Source of the DNA: an uncultured Actinomycetes bacterium
Lineage (GTDB): Bacteria > Actinomycetota > UBA4738 > HRBIN12
Assembly (NCBI GenBank): GCA_963828885.1
Contig: CAWHGC010000002.1
Span: 83,474 to 147,473 of the forward strand
Direction: 5' to 3'
Length of the DNA stretch: 64,000 nucleotides
The notes beneath the pieces are model-generated. The model saw only the letters and a list, made by a program, of their open reading frames with translations. It was not told where the DNA came from and did no database searches. The position numbers and the translations under genes were made by a program. Each line of letters begins with the position of its first letter. Positions within the stretch are counted from its first letter, which is position 1. Shown here in pieces: positions 61,088 to 64,000 of the stretch.

Positions 61088-63277
61088 GTGACCGCCACCG
61101 CGCGCCCGTTCGCCTCCGCTGTCCCTCGCCGTGGTCCTGCTCGGCGGGATGCTGTGGGCGCCGCCGGCCAGCCGGCCGCCTCGGCCGCCGTGTCCCGCAT
61201 CCCGGCCGGCCAGGACGACTGGCCCATGTTCCACCACGACGCGACGCACACCGGCGTGTCGGCCGAGACGACCCTGGATTCGACGAACGCGGCGAACCTC
61301 GGTCTGCGGTGGCAGTCCAACACGGGCTCGCCCTCGTACACCTCCCCGGCGGTCGTCGTACGACCAGACCCTCGGCAAGACCCTCGTGTACGTGGCCAAC
61401 CAGGACGGGACGTTCGGCGCCTACGACGCCGTCGACCGGCGATCGGGTCTGGTACTACAAGGTGCCCGCGCACCTGCAGAGCTCGCCGGCCGTGCTGAAC
61501 GGCACCGTGTACTTCGGCGCCAGCGACTACAAGCTCTACGCGCTGAACTGCGACGACCGGTGCGCTGCGGTGCACGTTCAACACGGGCGGCGCGATCGCC
61601 GCCTCGCCCCTGGCCATCGACCCCGACGGAGCCGGGCCCGAGGGCGTGACCGTCTACTTCGGCGACAACGGGCTCACCGGCACCGACGACGGCGGCCACA
61701 TCTGGGCCGTGCACGGCGTGGATCCGACCGACGCGTCCACGGATTGCACCCAGCGACTGGGTGTTCACGGGCTTCGGCGAGCCCCCCGGCTCGCAGACGC
61801 TGGCCGGCTCGTGGTCGCCGCCGGCCGTTCGGCCGACGTCACCGGCCGCGCGGTGATCGCGGTCGGGGGTTCGAGCCCGGACAACGCGGTGTACGGCCTC
61901 GACGCGCTGACCGGCGCCCGGATCTGGCGGTTCCAGACCAGGTCTTCACGGCATGGACAACGACGTGGGCGCCGGTCCGACGATCTCGGCGCCCGGCGTC
62001 AACGGGTTCGCCAACGGCGTCGCGTACGTCGCCGGCAAGGACCGCATCGTGTACGCGCTCAACCTCAAGACCGGCGCGAAGATCTGGGAGTTCTCGATCC
62101 GCGCCGGACGCGCCCAAGTCCGGCGGCGCGACGCGCTCGACCGCGGCGCTGCGTCGGCAACCGTCTGTACGTCGGCTACGGCAAGGGCGTGTACGCGCTC
62201 GAACGCCACCACCGGCGCGAAGGTCTGGAAGACCGAGCAGAGCGCGGGCATCGCCACCATGGAGGTCATCTCGTCGCCGGCGATCTCGGGCGCGGCCGGA
62301 CAGCGCGTGCTGTTCGTCGGCGACCTCGCCGGCAAGGTGTACGCATTCGACCTGCAGACCGGCGAACGACCTGTGGTCCTACTCGACGGGCGGCTTCATC
62401 TACGGCTCTCCGGCGGTCTCGGCCGGGCGGGTCTACATCGCGTCATCCGACGAGTTCCTCTACGCGTTCGGCCTGGGCGGCGGGACGCCGAGCGACCCGC
62501 CCGAGACCACGCTGACGACTCCGACGAACAACGCCACGCTCGACAATCCGGGACCGTCGCTGCAGCTCGCCGGCAGCGCCAGCGACGACCTCGGCGTCCA
62601 GAAGGTCTACGTCGCAGTGAAGAACAAGAACTCCACGAAGTGGTGGGACGGCGCCACCAGCACCTGGTCCTCGGTGTTCCAGCAGAACCTCGCGACGCTC
62701 GCGAGCCCGGGGGCGGGATCGACCGGCTGGACCTTCAACGTGCCCATGCCCTCGACCGGCGGCGTCTTCTACGCGCAGGCCGAGGCCGTCGACGGCGACG
62801 GGCAGTCCGACGTGAGCGTCGCGAAGGTGAACTTCACGGTCCTGGGCACGGGCAACCCGCCGGAGACCTCCATCTCGAGCCCGGTCTTCAAGCAGATCTT
62901 CACGTTCCCGGGCGGCGTCCGGCAGAGCTTCCCCATCACGATCTCGGGCACCGCCACCGACCCGACCGGCACGAACCGTGGGGTCGCGAAGGTCTACATC
63001 TTCGTGAAGAACCGGGAGCACGGGGAGTACTACTGCGGCCAGGCCGGCTGCGCCGGCGGGAGCGGCCTGGAGCCCGACGTACCGCAAGCTCGAGGCCACC
63101 CTGGCGAACCCGGGCGCCGCCAGCACGACGTGGAGCTTCACCTTCCCGACCTACGACCACCCGCACTCGTATTTCGTGGCGGCCTGGGCGCTGGACCTGA
63201 ACGGGGAGATCGATCAGACACGCGCGACGGTGCAACGCTTCTGCGTCCGGGACCCCGGGGACCTGACGTGCTTCTAG
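61088..63277 (+). CDS. Secreted PQQ-like beta-propeller protein with C-terminal Ig-like domains (many frameshifts)
   Basis: DWPMFHHDATHTG, repeated SSPAV..VY.G..D..YALN..TG...W units, and two PPET...P..N/ GxAxD..GV.KVY modules. Confidence 0.7.
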
Positions 63278-63371
63278 ACGCGCCCGAGACCTTCGACCGG
63301 TGGCGAGATGCCGCCGTTTCTGGTCGAATAGCCGTTTCCTTCCGAGAGAACCGACCTACGAGGAGATGCAG

Positions 63372-64000
63372 ATGATGGGGAAGACCTCCGCCGCACGCCG
63401 CGCCCTGAGGATGGGGACGTCGGCACTGATCGCCATCGGCGTGTTCGTGGGCGCCGCCGCGCCCGCCCAGTCGGTCTCGATCTTCACGCCGGTGGTGGGG
63501 GGGATGTATCCCTCGAACTGGGCGCAGAAGCCCGGCCACGCCCAGATGTACGGGTGGGGCGCCGCAACCCTGCCCAACGGCGACGTCCTCATGGGCGACT
63601 ACTGGAACTACCGGATCCAGAAGGCGACCCTCAACCCCGACGGGACGATCGCCTCGATCAACCCCACCTTCATCAGCAACCCCGGGTTCCAGCCGGGACA
63701 GCACCAGGCGCCGTACGGCATCGGCGTCGATCCCCGCAACGGCAATATCTACTTCGCCGACACCGACCGCTACACCGTCGACATGTACGACCAGAACGGC
63801 AACTACATCATGGAGTGGGGCTCGCAGGGTTCCGGCGTCAACAAGTACCTGTACCCCTCCCGTGTCGCCGTCCGCTCGGACGGCCAGGTCTACGTGAACG
63901 ACACGTGGAGCAACCAGATCGTCGTCGTGAACGTGGACCCCGTTGCGAAGACGGCGACCGAAGTGGGGACCTTCGGAGCGTTCGGCACCGACGTGCCCGG
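63372..64000 (+). CDS. Secreted NHL-repeat beta-propeller protein, runs off the window
   Basis: RBS AGGAG, signal peptide, GDYWNYRIQK, PYGIGVDP..IYFADT, EWGSQGSG..YPSRVAV..VYVNDTWSNQI. Confidence 0.75.
   Translation, partial: MMGKTSAARRALRMGTSALIAIGVFVGAAAPAQSVSIFTPVVGGMYPSNWAQKPGHAQMYGWGAATLPNGDVLMGDYWNYRIQKATLNPDGTIASINPTFISNPGFQPGQHQAPYGIGVDPRNGNIYFADTDRYTVDMYDQNGNYIMEWGSQGSGVNKYLYPSRVAVRSDGQVYVNDTWSNQIVVVNVDPVAKTATEVGTFGAFGTDVP

Noticed and set aside
61088-63277. PQQ-dependent dehydrogenase linked to the PqqD gene
   Set aside because: Only BamB/PQQ-like propeller repeats are recognisable, with no dehydrogenase catalytic motifs I could identify.

Overview
Very GC-rich bacterial DNA, most consistent with Actinomycetota (F420-type PPOX, GT39 mannosyltransferase, many apparently leaderless genes). 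Many genes at about 1-5.6 kb and 51-63 kb carry single-base frameshifts that look like read or assembly errors. Layout: (i) 1-23.9 kb, a surface-glycan locus with four paralogous sulfotransferases, two sulfatase-like proteins, GT2/GT4 enzymes, Wzm/Wzt, DegT + PglF/CapD + epimerase and a pair of atypical alpha/beta hydrolases; (ii) tRNA-Leu(TAA) at 23964-24049, then a mixed block (MFS, M20 peptidases, Dcu transporter, delta-60 repeat protein, M15 peptidase, DUF1501/DUF1800, TadG-like, GNAT, GT1, response regulator); (iii) 43-57 kb, a complete lasso-peptide cluster. Its 48-aa precursor (49209-49355) is missing from the ORF track. It has a canonical YxxPxV..GxxxxxT leader and an unusual Asp-initiated, Ser-terminated core. 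Around it lie the cyclase, split B1/B2, an ABC exporter and many tailoring candidates (HPr-like kinase, nucleotidyltransferase, sulfotransferase, HemK-like methyltransferase fusion, and a divergent 2OG-oxygenase/GT2/PMT/PIG-L/methyltransferase operon); (iv) 57-64 kb, a second glycan block (Wzz-like, priming sugar transferase, two more sulfotransferases) and secreted beta-propeller proteins. The best candidate for an undescribed system is a phospho-/glyco-/sulfo-decorated lasso peptide embedded in a sulfated-glycan locus. All family calls come from motif recognition by eye; no database search was run.
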